A DNA stretch of 64,000 nt from an uncultured Gammaproteobacteria bacterium (GTDB taxonomy: Bacteria > Patescibacteriota > Patescibacteriia > UBA1558 > 2-01-FULL-52-15), in assembly GCA_964402565.1 (NCBI GenBank), contig CAYOCJ010000001.1:224079-288078 (forward strand). The letters are read 5' to 3'. Positions 48,136 to 59,917 of the stretch are shown piece by piece. Below the pieces are notes generated by a model that worked only from the letters and a program-made list of their open reading frames with translations, ran no database searches and was not told the DNA's origin. A program made the position numbers and the translations under genes. Position 1 is the first letter of the stretch. The number at the start of each line of letters is the position of its first letter.

Positions 48136-48822
48136 ATGCACAGAAAAAAGCCCATCGCAGTGTTTGATATCGACGGAACTATTTTTCGTAGCAGCTTATT
48201 GATTGAATTAAATGCTAAGTTGGTAGCCGAGGGCATCTTTCCGGAAAAAGCCAAAGAAAAGGTTGCCCGTGTGCGGGAAGCATGGCTGAACCGCAAAGGA
48301 TCATATGAGGATTATATTCGCGTGATCATTCGGTTATATGAGAAAGACATTGCGGGCGTATCCATTGCTGCCATCGAGCGCATCAGCTGGTCGTTGATAG
48401 CCAAACAGCAGCAGCACGTCTATGTATATACGCGGGACCTGATCAAGAAATTGCGAAAAACTCATACGCTGATCATCATTTCACTGTCTCCATATGAAGT
48501 GGTTAAGGAATTTCAAAAAGCATACCGGTTCGATCACATATCAGGCACTGCCTATGCGAGAAAGGGCAATTATTTTACGGGAGGCGTCGATCGGACAGTG
48601 ATGCTCGATAAGAAAGAAATTTTGGAAACAATCATAGCGGATCACGGACTATCATTACGAGGTTCTATCGGAGTGGGCGACACTGAGTCAGACATCGCAT
48701 TTTTAAGCATGATGGATCATCCGATCGCTTTTAATCCTAATCATTTGTTATACGCTCATGCAAAACGTAAAAAATGGAACATCGTCGTTGAACGTAAGGA
48801 TGTAATATATGAAATATCATAA
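48136..48822 (+). CDS. HAD-IB (SerB-like) phosphatase
   Basis: FDIDGT, K, GDTESD, FNP. Confidence 0.9.
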   Translation: MHRKKPIAVFDIDGTIFRSSLLIELNAKLVAEGIFPEKAKEKVARVREAWLNRKGSYEDYIRVIIRLYEKDIAGVSIAAIERISWSLIAKQQQHVYVYTRDLIKKLRKTHTLIIISLSPYEVVKEFQKAYRFDHISGTAYARKGNYFTGGVDRTVMLDKKEILETIIADHGLSLRGSIGVGDTESDIAFLSMMDHPIAFNPNHLLYAHAKRKKWNIVVERKDVIYEIS

Positions 48823-49039
48823 GGGAATAGGCCTCCTCAGTCTGCTGATTACTATCGCGATCATAGCGCTCATAAGCAGTATCATTTTAAAGTTTTACTT
48901 TGGATCAAAAACGCCGGCTCAAGAAGTTCATGAAGGGATCGACGCGTTGGATAAAGCAAAGGCTGCAAAAAACATGGCAGATGAATATAATCTGAAACAG
49001 CAGGGAGCGATACAGAACATAGAGAAAGAACAAAAGTAA
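48809..49039 (+). CDS. Small pilin-like protein
   Basis: KG|IGLLSLLITIAII resembles a class III signal but lacks E5. Confidence 0.5.
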   Translation: MKYHKGIGLLSLLITIAIIALISSIILKFYFGSKTPAQEVHEGIDALDKAKAAKNMADEYNLKQQGAIQNIEKEQK

Positions 49040-49095
49040 ATTGAAACGCCCCGATACCATACCTGTTGTTGCAGGCACAGTATGCGGGGCGTCAT

Positions 49096-49485
49096 TCAGA
49101 CAGAGCGGAGTCTCTTTTTTTTCGCGATGGTTTTCGGAGCGCGGCGCTTGGTGCGCTGGGTTTTCTTGATCGTTTTCTTGAGCAGGTCCTCGAGGATGCC
49201 GGTTTGCAGCTGGTCATTCACCGCAAGGAGCGTCATGAGAGAAGCGCTGACGACGAGTCTCCGTTTTTCTTCGGATTTCTGAGGCCTTTCGTCGAAGTGC
49301 GTTTTAGGTGCGCCGGAGAGGATTTCGCCCAAGGCGAACGGGAGGCAGGCCAGATACTCGTTCTCTTCGGCCATCTCCTTCTCGAGCGCTTTGATACTCT
49401 CTTCAGAGAAGTCCGGCAACGACAAGAGCATGTGCCCGATGACATCGGGAGCGATGATCGGCAACGAGAAGATCTTTCGTTTCAT
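49096..49485 (-). CDS. ORFan (unit 5)
   Basis: AAGGAGG 5 nt before ATG (MKRKIF..); basic tail; terminator 49044-49093. Confidence 0.7.
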   Translation of the reverse strand: MKRKIFSLPIIAPDVIGHMLLSLPDFSEESIKALEKEMAEENEYLACLPFALGEILSGAPKTHFDERPQKSEEKRRLVVSASLMTLLAVNDQLQTGILEDLLKKTIKKTQRTKRRAPKTIAKKKRLRSV

Positions 49486-49517
49486 GGCGACCTCCTTTCG
49501 TGGTCGTTTTGTGGGTT

Positions 49518-49895
49518 TCAATTCCTGCGCCCTCCGCCGAACGACATCGCAATCTTCACATTACAGCCGGGCACATCGGGCCCGATGCTTTTCGCCTCGA
49601 TGACGATCGCGGAGTTGGCGCAGAATTGGTTCGACCGCAGGTGCAGCTGCAATGCGGCGTCCTCGAGCAAGGTGCCTCGCTCGGTGACGGTGGGAATGCG
49701 TTCGCAGTTCCGGTAGGTGATGGTGATGATGAGCGTTTCGCCTCTTTTGAAAGGGCGATTGGGCCGCGTGAAATAGATAGGCGTATCAGCCCATGATGCA
49801 GCCCACTCGTGCTGCGAGATGACCGTTCCGATGATCGCGGCTACTTCAGCTTGTTGCCGATCGTCCAGATCACCGATCACGTGCAGTCGAAACAT
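49518..49895 (-). CDS. ORFan (unit 5, first gene)
   Basis: TAAGGAG SD; promoter TTGACA(49975-70)-N16-TAGTGT. Confidence 0.7.
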   Translation of the reverse strand: MFRLHVIGDLDDRQQAEVAAIIGTVISQHEWAASWADTPIYFTRPNRPFKRGETLIITITYRNCERIPTVTERGTLLEDAALQLHLRSNQFCANSAIVIEAKSIGPDVPGCNVKIAMSFGGGRRN

Positions 49896-49983
49896 CCGCT
49901 TCTCCTTAGGAAATAGGTGTCCGCATATTTGAAAAGAGCAACAATTGACACTAGCAAGACCGCCTATTCTGTCAACTGGTTAA

Positions 49984-50012
49984 AAAACCGCCCTCGTGTA
50001 CGAGGGCGGTTT
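49984..50012. terminator. Intrinsic terminator
   Basis: AAAACCGCCCTCG-TGTA-CGAGGGCGGTTTT. Confidence 0.8.
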
Positions 50013-50031
50013 TAAACAGCATTTCATTAAC

Positions 50032-50523
50032 TTACTGCAGGAGGATCTTCGCGACATTATACGCTGAACCGCATGAGACATTGATGGTATTCGGTATGAT
50101 CTTGCTCGTTAATTTCATCTCGATCCATCCTTTGGCTTTGACCGTGAAGTCCCTGCCGCTCAAGCTGATGACGCGATCGATGGCTGATCTATTGTCGAAC
50201 ATCACCGCAGTGTTATTGGCGAATGTTGCATTTGCAGGAAATACCTGGCACGAGTCATTGATCTGGAAGCGATGGCCTTCATATTGTTTGACCTTTGCCT
50301 CATACGTTTTTCCGGTCGTCGTCTTCACCGCCGGTTTATTGGTATTAGAATTCATAGCCGGAGTCGATGTTGGCGTTGTTGTTGCCATATCCATACTATC
50401 GTTTGCATTGGTATTGATATCGGTCTCGGTTGTGTTGTTTTTTGCAATGACGATAATGATGAGGATCAGCGCGAGTATGCTGACGCCAATCCCTATCTTT
50501 TGCTCCTTGCTAAGTTTCTGCAT
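50032..50523 (-). CDS. Single-TM exported protein with low-complexity linker and possible cupredoxin-like domain
   Basis: N-terminal TM, T/P linker, CQVFP..VMFDN..SCG. Confidence 0.7.
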   Translation of the reverse strand: MQKLSKEQKIGIGVSILALILIIIVIAKNNTTETDINTNANDSMDMATTTPTSTPAMNSNTNKPAVKTTTGKTYEAKVKQYEGHRFQINDSCQVFPANATFANNTAVMFDNRSAIDRVISLSGRDFTVKAKGWIEMKLTSKIIPNTINVSCGSAYNVAKILLQ

Positions 50524-50726
50524 AGTTACAATGCTTAGTTATTTATATCAACTATAGTATTACGCTCAAAAGCACTTCTGACAAGCCCTTCTGGAAGTAT
50601 CTATGGCTGGAACCTGTGGATAACTTTGCCTGCTAGATGAATTTTTCTATGCTGTATTGGCTTTAGGTCAATTTAAGGCTTATTTTATAGGCCCTTGACC
50701 AATCGTATAGGTTTGCTATTATACAT

Positions 50727-50899
50727 GTGTTGACACCTAACCGTGTCACGCACCTTCCGCCGAAAGGCACCCACAGACCGCTTCACAAAGCACCAAAATC
50801 TTCCCCTCCACCAATCACTCCACGAAGATCCAAATGTTTTACAAGCGGTCTCTTCATTTCCAAGAATTTTTAAACTAAGCTTCACAGGCTTATTTTTTT
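50727..50899 (+). ncRNA. Candidate sRNA with C-rich anti-SD-like loop
   Basis: TTGACC(50695)-N16-TATTAT with extended TG; stems TGACAC/GTGTCA, GCC-GAAA-GGC, AGACCGCTT/AAGCGGTCT, ATCTTC/GAAGAT; terminator TAAGCTT/AGGCTTA-T7. Confidence 0.6.
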
Positions 50900-51015
50900 C
50901 GAAATAAAAAAAGTATTGACCTTTTGGTTGAATACACGTATACTACCCGCGAAAAATAAGATAGCGACGGATCCGCTTCTGCAGTTTTTAAGGCTTATTT
51001 CCGTCAACGTAACAT

Positions 51016-51297
51016 ATGGCTGATGAGAAAAAGGAACTTAATTGGTGGCAGCCAGCGGTAGCTGTTTTCGCGGAGGTTACGGGCTGGATAGTCGTTCCGA
51101 TCATCATAGCGCTCTATCTCGGCAATTACCTTGATGCACGGAACGGGACAACGAATTTTTACTTCTTACTGTGCATCGGTGCAGCATTTCTCATTACTAG
51201 CTGCGGTATAGGCATGGTAGCCATGAAGTACATTCGACAAGTCGAAGCATCCAATAAAAAATCAAATGACAGAAACACCAGTCGCAAGGCCAGCTGA
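51016..51297 (+). CDS. AtpZ/AtpI family protein
   Basis: 2 TM, G.YLD motif; first gene of atp operon. Confidence 0.8.
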   Translation: MADEKKELNWWQPAVAVFAEVTGWIVVPIIIALYLGNYLDARNGTTNFYFLLCIGAAFLITSCGIGMVAMKYIRQVEASNKKSNDRNTSRKAS

Positions 51298-52156
51298 ACA
51301 GGGAACATCCCAAAGCCAAGTAGGTCATGAAGTCACCTTATACGCGGAGCCTGTTTTTCATCTCGGAAATTTTACCGTTACCAATGCGCTGTTGAATTCA
51401 TGGGTAGCGGTTTTTTTGTTGGTCATTCTGGCTGCTTTCGTCGGGAAGAAGATTCGAAGAATTCCGAAAGGTATACAGAATGGGGCTGAGATCGTGCTTG
51501 AAGGCGCTCTGAAACTTGCTGATGGCGTTACCAATGACCGCGCAAAAACATTGAAGATCTTCCCGGTCGTATTTTCTGTTTTTTTGTTCATTCTGGTGAA
51601 CAATTGGCTAGGACTGATCCCGGGCGTCGGATCCATCGGTTTCATTGAAATGGATCATGGTCAATCAACATTCGTCCCCTTATTCCGCGGTGCGACAGCT
51701 GATCTGAATACCACACTAGCCTTGGCTTTGTTTGCGGTGATCGCATCGAACATCTTTGGCATTATTTCCGTCGGCGTATGGAATTACTTCAATAAATTCA
51801 TCAATGTGAAAGCCTTGCTTGAAATCCCAGGCAAGATCAAGAAAGAGCCGACGATTGCTTTGGTGAATCCGATCACGTTTTTTGTAGGGATCATCGAGAT
51901 TATCGGCGAGATAGCGAAGGTTGCATCATTATCATTCCGGTTATTCGGAAATATTTTCGCCGGCGAAGTGTTGTTGACCTCCTTAGCTGCTATCCTTGCC
52001 TATGGTTTGCCGATCCCGTTCATGTTTCTTGAGATCATTGTCGGAATCGTGCAGGCATTGATCTTTGCTATGCTGACCTTGGTTTATTTTACCGTGGCAT
52101 CAGAAGATCATGCCAGCGGCGACCATGCGGCGCATGAGGCACAGCCTGCGCATTAG
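51266..52156 (+). CDS. atpB: ATP synthase subunit a
   Basis: NWLGLIPG, TADLNTT, SLSFRLFGNIFAGE. Confidence 0.97.
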   Translation: MTETPVARPAEQGTSQSQVGHEVTLYAEPVFHLGNFTVTNALLNSWVAVFLLVILAAFVGKKIRRIPKGIQNGAEIVLEGALKLADGVTNDRAKTLKIFPVVFSVFLFILVNNWLGLIPGVGSIGFIEMDHGQSTFVPLFRGATADLNTTLALALFAVIASNIFGIISVGVWNYFNKFINVKALLEIPGKIKKEPTIALVNPITFFVGIIEIIGEIAKVASLSFRLFGNIFAGEVLLTSLAAILAYGLPIPFMFLEIIVGIVQALIFAMLTLVYFTVASEDHASGDHAAHEAQPAH

Positions 52157-52277
52157 TAGTTAGCTCGTGATTCGGATCTGCAGCCCATCGATTACACCCA
52201 GGGCTTTCAGTCGAACAGATCGGAGTCAGGTTTAACTAGTAACGAGGCGACGTTAAACAAAAAATAACTCGTCGTAA

Positions 52278-52508
<231 letters not shown>

Positions 52509-52598
52509 TTGATTATTTACAGACTGTCCGTGAAACGTATGAGGCAGTAATCCCGCCTCTGGGAAAAAATAACACGGGCAGCAGTAAGCAATTAATAT

Positions 52599-53093
52599 AT
52601 GGATGAACTTATAAAAACATTTCACATTGATTGGAAACTAATAGCAGCACAGCTGGTAAATTTTGCTATTGTCTTTTTTGTGCTATGGAAGTTCGCTTTA
52701 AAGCCGCTCATGAAAGCAATGACAGACCGGGAGCACACGATAGCGAAAAGCCTCTCTAATGCCGAAGAGATTGAGAAGAAATTAACGGCTACGAATGCTG
52801 AAGTCGCTGAGCATATTCGCGAAGCAAAGCACCAAGCTACTGCAATAATGGAGCAGGCCAAGAAACAGGCGGATGCAAAGCGACTTGAGATGCTTGAGAA
52901 GGCAAAGCAAGAAGTATCGGGCCTGGTAAGTGCGGCAAAAAATCAGATCCAGGCTGAAAAAGAAGAAGCGTTGCGCAGCGCACACCTAGAATTATCAGCA
53001 TTGGTCGTTTCGGGCGTCGAGAAGATCCTTGGCAAAAACATCGATGAGAAAACAGACAAGAAGCTTATCAAAGAACGTTTGACGAAAAAGTAG
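52599..53093 (+). CDS. atpF: ATP synthase subunit b
   Basis: AQLVNF..KP..R then coiled coil. Confidence 0.95.
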   Translation: MDELIKTFHIDWKLIAAQLVNFAIVFFVLWKFALKPLMKAMTDREHTIAKSLSNAEEIEKKLTATNAEVAEHIREAKHQATAIMEQAKKQADAKRLEMLEKAKQEVSGLVSAAKNQIQAEKEEALRSAHLELSALVVSGVEKILGKNIDEKTDKKLIKERLTKK

Positions 53094-53094
53094 C

Positions 53095-53499
53095 ATGTCT
53101 CGAGCATATATTGATTCTATTGCACAAGCATTGTACAGCGCAGCCGAAGGTAAAAGTAAGGCTGAGATTGATGCTATTGCATTGCGAGCCTCTCAGGCGC
53201 TGGCTGTAAAGAGATTGCTGAAGAAAAAAACAGAGCTCCTGGATGCCTTAGAAGAAGTACGATTGTCGCGGGAGAAGAAATTGAAAGCAGTAGTAACCAG
53301 CAAATATGCCCTGTCGTCTAGCGAGCTGAAGCATATTGCAGAGTATATGCGCAGCATTATGAAAAAAGACATTGAGATCTCAAATGTCATCGACCCGAAG
53401 CTGCTCGGCGGATTTAAAGTTCGGTGCGGAGACACGATCCTGGATGCAACGTTGAATAATGCAGTCAAACAATTAGCTCATCATTTAACCACTAAGTAA
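53095..53499 (+). CDS. atpH: ATP synthase subunit delta (short)
   Basis: [20 protein letters not shown]. Confidence 0.9.
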   Translation: MSRAYIDSIAQALYSAAEGKSKAEIDAIALRASQALAVKRLLKKKTELLDALEEVRLSREKKLKAVVTSKYALSSSELKHIAEYMRSIMKKDIEISNVIDPKLLGGFKVRCGDTILDATLNNAVKQLAHHLTTK

Positions 53500-53503
53500 T
53501 ACT

Positions 53504-55015
53504 ATGTCATACGATCAACTGGTAAAGAGCCTGCAGAAACAATTAGAAGGATTTACCCCTTCAGCTAAAGAAGAAAAAGTAGGCGAGATCGTCGAGATCG
53601 GCGACGGTATTGCTCGCGTTTCAGGATTATCCCAGGTGGTTTCAATGGAAATGGTTGCGTGCGAAGCAGCGGATGGATCTATTGTCTATGGACTGACCCT
53701 GAACCTGGAAGAAGATACGGTTGGCATTATTTTCTTGGGTGAGTATGGCATGTTGCGGCAGGGCGATATCGTGAAAAGTACCGGCCGCGTGCTTGAGGTG
53801 CCTGTTGGCGAAGCTATGATCGGCCGCGTGGTGAATGCGCTTGGCGTGGCTGTCGACGGAAAGCCTGAGCCGAAGACGCAGCAGTTCTATCCGGTTGAAA
53901 AGATCGCTCCCGGAGTCATTGCCCGCCAGTCAGTGAAGCAGCCATTACAAACAGGCATTAAGGCAATCGATGCGTTAATCCCTATCGGCAAAGGCCAGCG
54001 CGAACTTATCATTGGCGACCGCCAAACAGGAAAAACTGCCGTTGCCATCGATACGATCATCAATCAAAAAGGCCTGAATGTTCTTTGTATCTATGTCGCA
54101 ATAGGACAGAAAGAATCCAAAGTAGCAAAGATCATTGCACGATTGGAAGAGGCCGGAGCTATGGCATATACCACGGTCGTACTTGCCGGGGCCTCTGATC
54201 CTGCGGCGCTATCCTTCATCGCTCCGTATGCCGGCTGCGCATTGGGAGAATACTTTATGGACAAAGGAAAAGACGTGCTGATCATCTACGATGATCTTTC
54301 GAAACATGCCGTTGCCTATCGCCAGGTGTCGCTATTGCTGCGCAGACCGCCAGGACGGGAAGCATACCCGGGAGATATTTTCTATTTGCATTCGCGTTTG
54401 CTCGAACGCGCTGCTAAAATGTCCAAGGAGCGAGGCGGCGGCTCGCTCACTGCATTGCCTGTTATTGAGACGCAGGCAGGGGATATTTCCGCGTATATTC
54501 CAACCAATGTGATCTCCATAACCGACGGTCAAATCTTCCTTGAAAGCGATCTATTCTATAAAGGCATCAGACCTGCATTGGCGATCGGCACTTCAGTGTC
54601 GCGCGTAGGATCAAGCGCACAGATCAAGGCAATGAAAAAAGTTGCCGGCACTTTGAAATTAGATATGGCGCAATATCGCGAGTTGGAAGCGTTCGCTCAG
54701 TTCGGCTCAGACCTGGATGAGGAAACCAAGAAGAAACTTGAGCGCGGCAAACGCGTTGTTGAAATTCTGAAGCAAGGCCAGTACCGCCCGCAGCCTGTAG
54801 AGAAGCAAATTGCAATTTTGTATGCAGTGTCGCGAGGCATGCTGGATGGCATTGATCCTGAAAAGCTGGCAGCTTTTGAAACGCAGCTCTTCGAGCATCT
54901 GGATGCGAATTATTCACAACTGCTGAATGATATCGTAGCGAAAGGTGAGTTGACCGCCGAAATAGAGGAGTCACTGAAAAAAGCAATAAGCGAGTTAGCA
55001 GATTCGTTCGAATAG
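53504..55015 (+). CDS. atpA: ATP synthase subunit alpha
   Basis: [20 protein letters not shown]. Confidence 0.98.
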   Translation: MSYDQLVKSLQKQLEGFTPSAKEEKVGEIVEIGDGIARVSGLSQVVSMEMVACEAADGSIVYGLTLNLEEDTVGIIFLGEYGMLRQGDIVKSTGRVLEVPVGEAMIGRVVNALGVAVDGKPEPKTQQFYPVEKIAPGVIARQSVKQPLQTGIKAIDALIPIGKGQRELIIGDRQTGKTAVAIDTIINQKGLNVLCIYVAIGQKESKVAKIIARLEEAGAMAYTTVVLAGASDPAALSFIAPYAGCALGEYFMDKGKDVLIIYDDLSKHAVAYRQVSLLLRRPPGREAYPGDIFYLHSRLLERAAKMSKERGGGSLTALPVIETQAGDISAYIPTNVISITDGQIFLESDLFYKGIRPALAIGTSVSRVGSSAQIKAMKKVAGTLKLDMAQYRELEAFAQFGSDLDEETKKKLERGKRVVEILKQGQYRPQPVEKQIAILYAVSRGMLDGIDPEKLAAFETQLFEHLDANYSQLLNDIVAKGELTAEIEESLKKAISELADSFE

Positions 55016-55016
55016 T

Positions 55017-55916
55017 ATGGCGCAAGGATCACGAGACATTCAGCGAAGATTAAAGAGCGTCCGCAATATCAAGAAGATAACACGGGCCATGGAGCTTGTC
55101 GCTGCTTCGAAAATGCGCAAAAGCGTGAACCGGGTTCTGGCTAGCCGAGCCTATGCTGACGCAGCTTGGCATATGGTCATGGATCTGATGCCGAAAGCTG
55201 ATGCGTCGCATCACCCCTTATTGGAGGAGCGACCAGTGAAGAAAGCGGCGATCGTAGTTATCGGCAGCAATCGAGGGTTGTGCGGCGCATTCAATATGAA
55301 CATAGTAGCCAAGGCTTTGGATCTTGTGAAAGAGGAGCGTTTGAGCCCGGAACAAACTGATTTTATTACCTTTGGAAAGAAAGGAGCTCAGATATTGAGC
55401 TCGCTCAAGAAAAATATTGTCGCTGATTATGCAAAAGATGATATCACTGAAACTGTCGCAGAAGTCCTGCCTGTTTCGATCGAGATCATCACGGGCTTTA
55501 TTGAAAAACGGTATGATGCTGTATACATTGCATATACTGATTTCAAATCAAGTTTAAAACAAGAGCCGCGTATCCGTCATCTCCTGCCGCTGATCAAGCC
55601 GAGCCGTTTTTTGGGCCAGATGGGCGCAAGCCAGGATTCGATGACCGCATCTCACTTTTCGGAATTTCTGTTTGAACCATCGCGAGATATCGTGCTCGAA
55701 TCGCTCTTGCCGCGTTTGATCGAGGTCCAGTTGTATCAGGCAGTGCTCGAATCAGAAGCATCTGAGCACTCAGCGCGCATGATGGCAATGCATAGCGCTA
55801 CTGACTCCGCGACGGATATGATCGATTCTTTGTCATTAGCCTATAATCAGGCGCGCCAGGCCGGCATTACGGCAGAGCTTGCTGAAATCGTTGCAGCGAG
55901 CGCGGCAACCATATAA
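55017..55916 (+). CDS. atpG: ATP synthase subunit gamma
   Basis: KITRAMELVAASK, RGLCG, ARQAGIT.EL. Confidence 0.98.
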   Translation: MAQGSRDIQRRLKSVRNIKKITRAMELVAASKMRKSVNRVLASRAYADAAWHMVMDLMPKADASHHPLLEERPVKKAAIVVIGSNRGLCGAFNMNIVAKALDLVKEERLSPEQTDFITFGKKGAQILSSLKKNIVADYAKDDITETVAEVLPVSIEIITGFIEKRYDAVYIAYTDFKSSLKQEPRIRHLLPLIKPSRFLGQMGASQDSMTASHFSEFLFEPSRDIVLESLLPRLIEVQLYQAVLESEASEHSARMMAMHSATDSATDMIDSLSLAYNQARQAGITAELAEIVAASAATI

Positions 55917-55927
55917 TTTTTTATTGA

Positions 55928-57298
<1,371 letters not shown>

Positions 57299-57303
57299 AA
57301 GCC

Positions 57304-57729
57304 ATGGCAACGTTCTCATTTAAAATAGTAACTCCTGAGCGTGTCGTGTTTGAAACATCCGCTTCACAAGTTACCTTGCCGACAGCGCAGGGAGAAATAA
57401 CAGTACTGCCACATCACATTCCATTGGTAAGTGCTTTGGTGCCAGGCGAAATAATCGTCACCGACGCCGAAGGCAAGCAGCAATCACTGGCAGTCTCGGG
57501 CGGATTTATACAGGTGCACCCTGAAAAGTTAGTATTGCTTGCTGACACCGCAGAGATGGCCCATGAGCTCGATGAAAGCAGGGCAGCAGAGGCGCATAAA
57601 CGAGCTCAGGAATTGCTCGCAGCTCCTGCAGGCTCGCATGATCATGATTATGCTGCGTTACAAGTATTAATGGATAAAGAATTAGCAAGGCTGAAGGTTG
57701 CTCGCAAGTATAAGCGTAAGAGTGTATAA
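57304..57729 (+). CDS. atpC: ATP synthase subunit epsilon
   Basis: IVTPE, GEITVLPHHIP, VSGGF. Confidence 0.95.
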   Translation: MATFSFKIVTPERVVFETSASQVTLPTAQGEITVLPHHIPLVSALVPGEIIVTDAEGKQQSLAVSGGFIQVHPEKLVLLADTAEMAHELDESRAAEAHKRAQELLAAPAGSHDHDYAALQVLMDKELARLKVARKYKRKSV

Positions 57730-57736
57730 TCCGTCT

Positions 57737-58255
57737 ATGTCTAGCGGAATTGAAATGCCAAAACCTATGACCGAAACATCGTTCACCTACCAAATGCCCG
57801 AGGGGCATATGGAAAAACATCATTGCACGACCGTGGTCGTCGGGTGTATTGATTTTCGATTCCGCGAGGCGAATGATGCATTCATCGAGCAAGATCTGGG
57901 AGAAAAAGATTTTGATACGGTCAATTTTCCCGGGGGCGGCAAGATCTTCGTTGAAGACGGGCCTTCGCGGGACACCTTTGCAAAAGCGATCGAGAACGTA
58001 TGCGTTAATTTGCACGGCGTACAAAGGATCGTCCTGATGAATCATTGGGACTGCGGAGCATACGGAGGCAGCAAGCATTTCCATGACGCGACCGAGGAAG
58101 AAGCTCGTCATGCATCAGACCTGGAAAAGGCGCGCGATTTTTTGAAGCAGCGCTTCCCTGACCTCGAGATCGTCATCGCATACAATAAAGCAGTAGGCAA
58201 CAACTTAGAATACCATGTGATCAAAGATGCGGACGCAGAGGAAGCAGCCGCCTAA
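57737..58255 (+). CDS. Beta-type carbonic anhydrase-like protein
   Basis: CIDFR, PGG, HWDCGAYGG; leaderless-type TGTATAAT-N6-ATG. Confidence 0.85.
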   Translation: MSSGIEMPKPMTETSFTYQMPEGHMEKHHCTTVVVGCIDFRFREANDAFIEQDLGEKDFDTVNFPGGGKIFVEDGPSRDTFAKAIENVCVNLHGVQRIVLMNHWDCGAYGGSKHFHDATEEEARHASDLEKARDFLKQRFPDLEIVIAYNKAVGNNLEYHVIKDADAEEAAA

Positions 58256-58359
58256 TTGAGCCGGAACACCGAAAATTCATTGACAGGATACTCTCGCTGG
58301 AGTATCCTCTTTGATTGGCAGCAAGTCATTTCCACCATCGTTCTTAAAAAGGAGAAACC

Positions 58360-58935
58360 GTGAGTAAACTGATCTTGTCTGGGGAGGATCGTCGTATCGC
58401 GACCGAATGGCGTCGCGGAGAACTGCAGGTGCTCTGCGACGTAAACCCGAAAGAGTACCGGGAGCCGACTGGGAAGGTCATTCTCGTTCCCTGTGCCGAT
58501 GGGCACCAGATGTTCGACATCTGCGAGTACCAGAAGTCGCTGACCGTCGAGGGTCACATTCCCATGGTGCATCCGTTGAGCCTCAACGGAGGACCGCTGC
58601 TCCTGGCGGCCGGCTCGCCGCTGCTGTCCGAGGGGGACAAGGATGATGAGGTGCTGTTGAAGCATATCGCACAGGCGTATTCGATCAAAGGTACGCCGAC
58701 CATCATCCTGTATTCGCATGCGCCGTGCGGCGCCGCTCGTGTCCACAATCTTTCGATCGTGGACGTGGTCGAACTGATGCTCGCCGCCAAGGATCGGCTG
58801 AAGGCCCTCTTCGACAATCTTCAGGTGATCCCGAAACTGCATGTGGACTGGGCGACTGGCGAAAGCCAGATGAAGAAGAACAGCTACTTCGTTTCTCGGG
58901 AGCAATTCGTTGCATGGCGAAAAGTCGCCGCGTGA
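58360..58935 (+). CDS. Divergent beta-CA-like protein (unit 6)
   Basis: PCADG, NGG, HAPCGAA; AAAGGAG before GTG; promoter TTGACA(58280)-N17-TATCCT; terminator 58962-58989. Confidence 0.7.
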   Translation: MSKLILSGEDRRIATEWRRGELQVLCDVNPKEYREPTGKVILVPCADGHQMFDICEYQKSLTVEGHIPMVHPLSLNGGPLLLAAGSPLLSEGDKDDEVLLKHIAQAYSIKGTPTIILYSHAPCGAARVHNLSIVDVVELMLAAKDRLKALFDNLQVIPKLHVDWATGESQMKKNSYFVSREQFVAWRKVAA

Positions 58936-59047
58936 GCAATACTATGGCCTTCGGGCCATGCAGCAGGTGCGCAAGCGCCTGCTTTTTTTATTTAAAAAAA
59001 CGACCCCAGTTTTACATGGGGTCAGGGACTGTCGCGGCGTAGGTCGC

Positions 59048-59221
59048 TCAAACTTTGTTTCCGCATCGCGGACACAAGGGGTAGCTAAGCTCTTTGTAGA
59101 AGCGGTGTAATGAAGTGCACACGAGGGGTGCCTTGCCGTCTTTTTTTTGAAAATCGTGGCTTGGTTTTCTGGGAGCTGCTTGGCTTGCGGCTGGCGGGGC
59201 GGGGCGCTTGCCGTAATGCAT
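59048..59221 (-). CDS. Small basic ORFan with C-terminal Zn-ribbon-like motif (unit 7)
   Basis: AAAGGAG SD; C-x3-H..CPRCG; promoter TTGACT(59297-92)-N17-TACAAT. Confidence 0.65.
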   Translation of the reverse strand: MHYGKRPAPPAASQAAPRKPSHDFQKKDGKAPLVCTSLHRFYKELSYPLCPRCGNKV

Positions 59222-59329
59222 GTGCGGCACTCCTTTCATTGGAAGAAATGAACGATCACAGACCATGTATTGTATGCGCATAGATAATGAAAGTCAATAC
59301 AAAAAACTTTTTTATGCTATACTGTATCC

Positions 59330-59917
59330 ATGGAAACCAGGGCTTTTTACCTCATGCGCCATGCAGAATATGAGAATCCGCAGAATATTTTCATCGGACG
59401 ACTCGGTGTGCCTCTGACAGCGGAGGGCAGAGCGCGGGCTGAGCGGGTCGGCCGCGAATTAAAAGATGCCGGGATTCGCAAGATTTTTTCCAGCAATGTA
59501 GAACGCTGTGATGAAACCAGCCGTATTGTAGCAGAAATTCTGGAAGTAGATGTGTACCATGATAAACGCTTGCTCGAGCATCTGAGTCCGATACAAGGCA
59601 TGTCTCTTGATGAATATCATAAAGATCGGAATCTTCGTTTCACCAGCGTAGATACGCTGGGCGGCGAAACCATGATGGACGTACAGGTGCGCATGCTTGA
59701 TTTTTTTTATGAAAAAATGAAAGAAGAGGAGGGTGATATTTTGATTTGTTCACACGGTGATCCATTATATTTTCTCTATGCAGGTCTCAGCGGCAAGAAT
59801 CTGCCAAAGGAAGCCACTGATTTTGATCCGTCAAAGGACTACCAGCCTATGGGCAGCTATCGAAAGGTTGAGATAGAAGGTGATCAATTCGTCGTGGGTC
59901 CCATCACCGTACTGTAA
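59330..59917 (+). CDS. Histidine phosphatase family protein
   Basis: MRHAE, SS..R, L.E, SHGD. Confidence 0.9.
   Translation: METRAFYLMRHAEYENPQNIFIGRLGVPLTAEGRARAERVGRELKDAGIRKIFSSNVERCDETSRIVAEILEVDVYHDKRLLEHLSPIQGMSLDEYHKDRNLRFTSVDTLGGETMMDVQVRMLDFFYEKMKEEEGDILICSHGDPLYFLYAGLSGKNLPKEATDFDPSKDYQPMGSYRKVEIEGDQFVVGPITVL

Noticed and set aside
47171-48202. 343-aa plus-strand ORF
   Set aside because: Antisense shadow of the Zn-ribbon repeat gene, which has the promoter, SD and terminator
49066-49716. 216-aa plus-strand ORF
   Set aside because: Shadow of the two SD-led minus-strand genes
50685-50885. 66-aa minus-strand ORF
   Set aside because: No start signals; the plus strand has a promoter, structure and terminator that fit an ncRNA better
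58252-58905. 217-aa minus-strand ORF
   Set aside because: Shadow of the CA-like gene, expected from its biased codon usage
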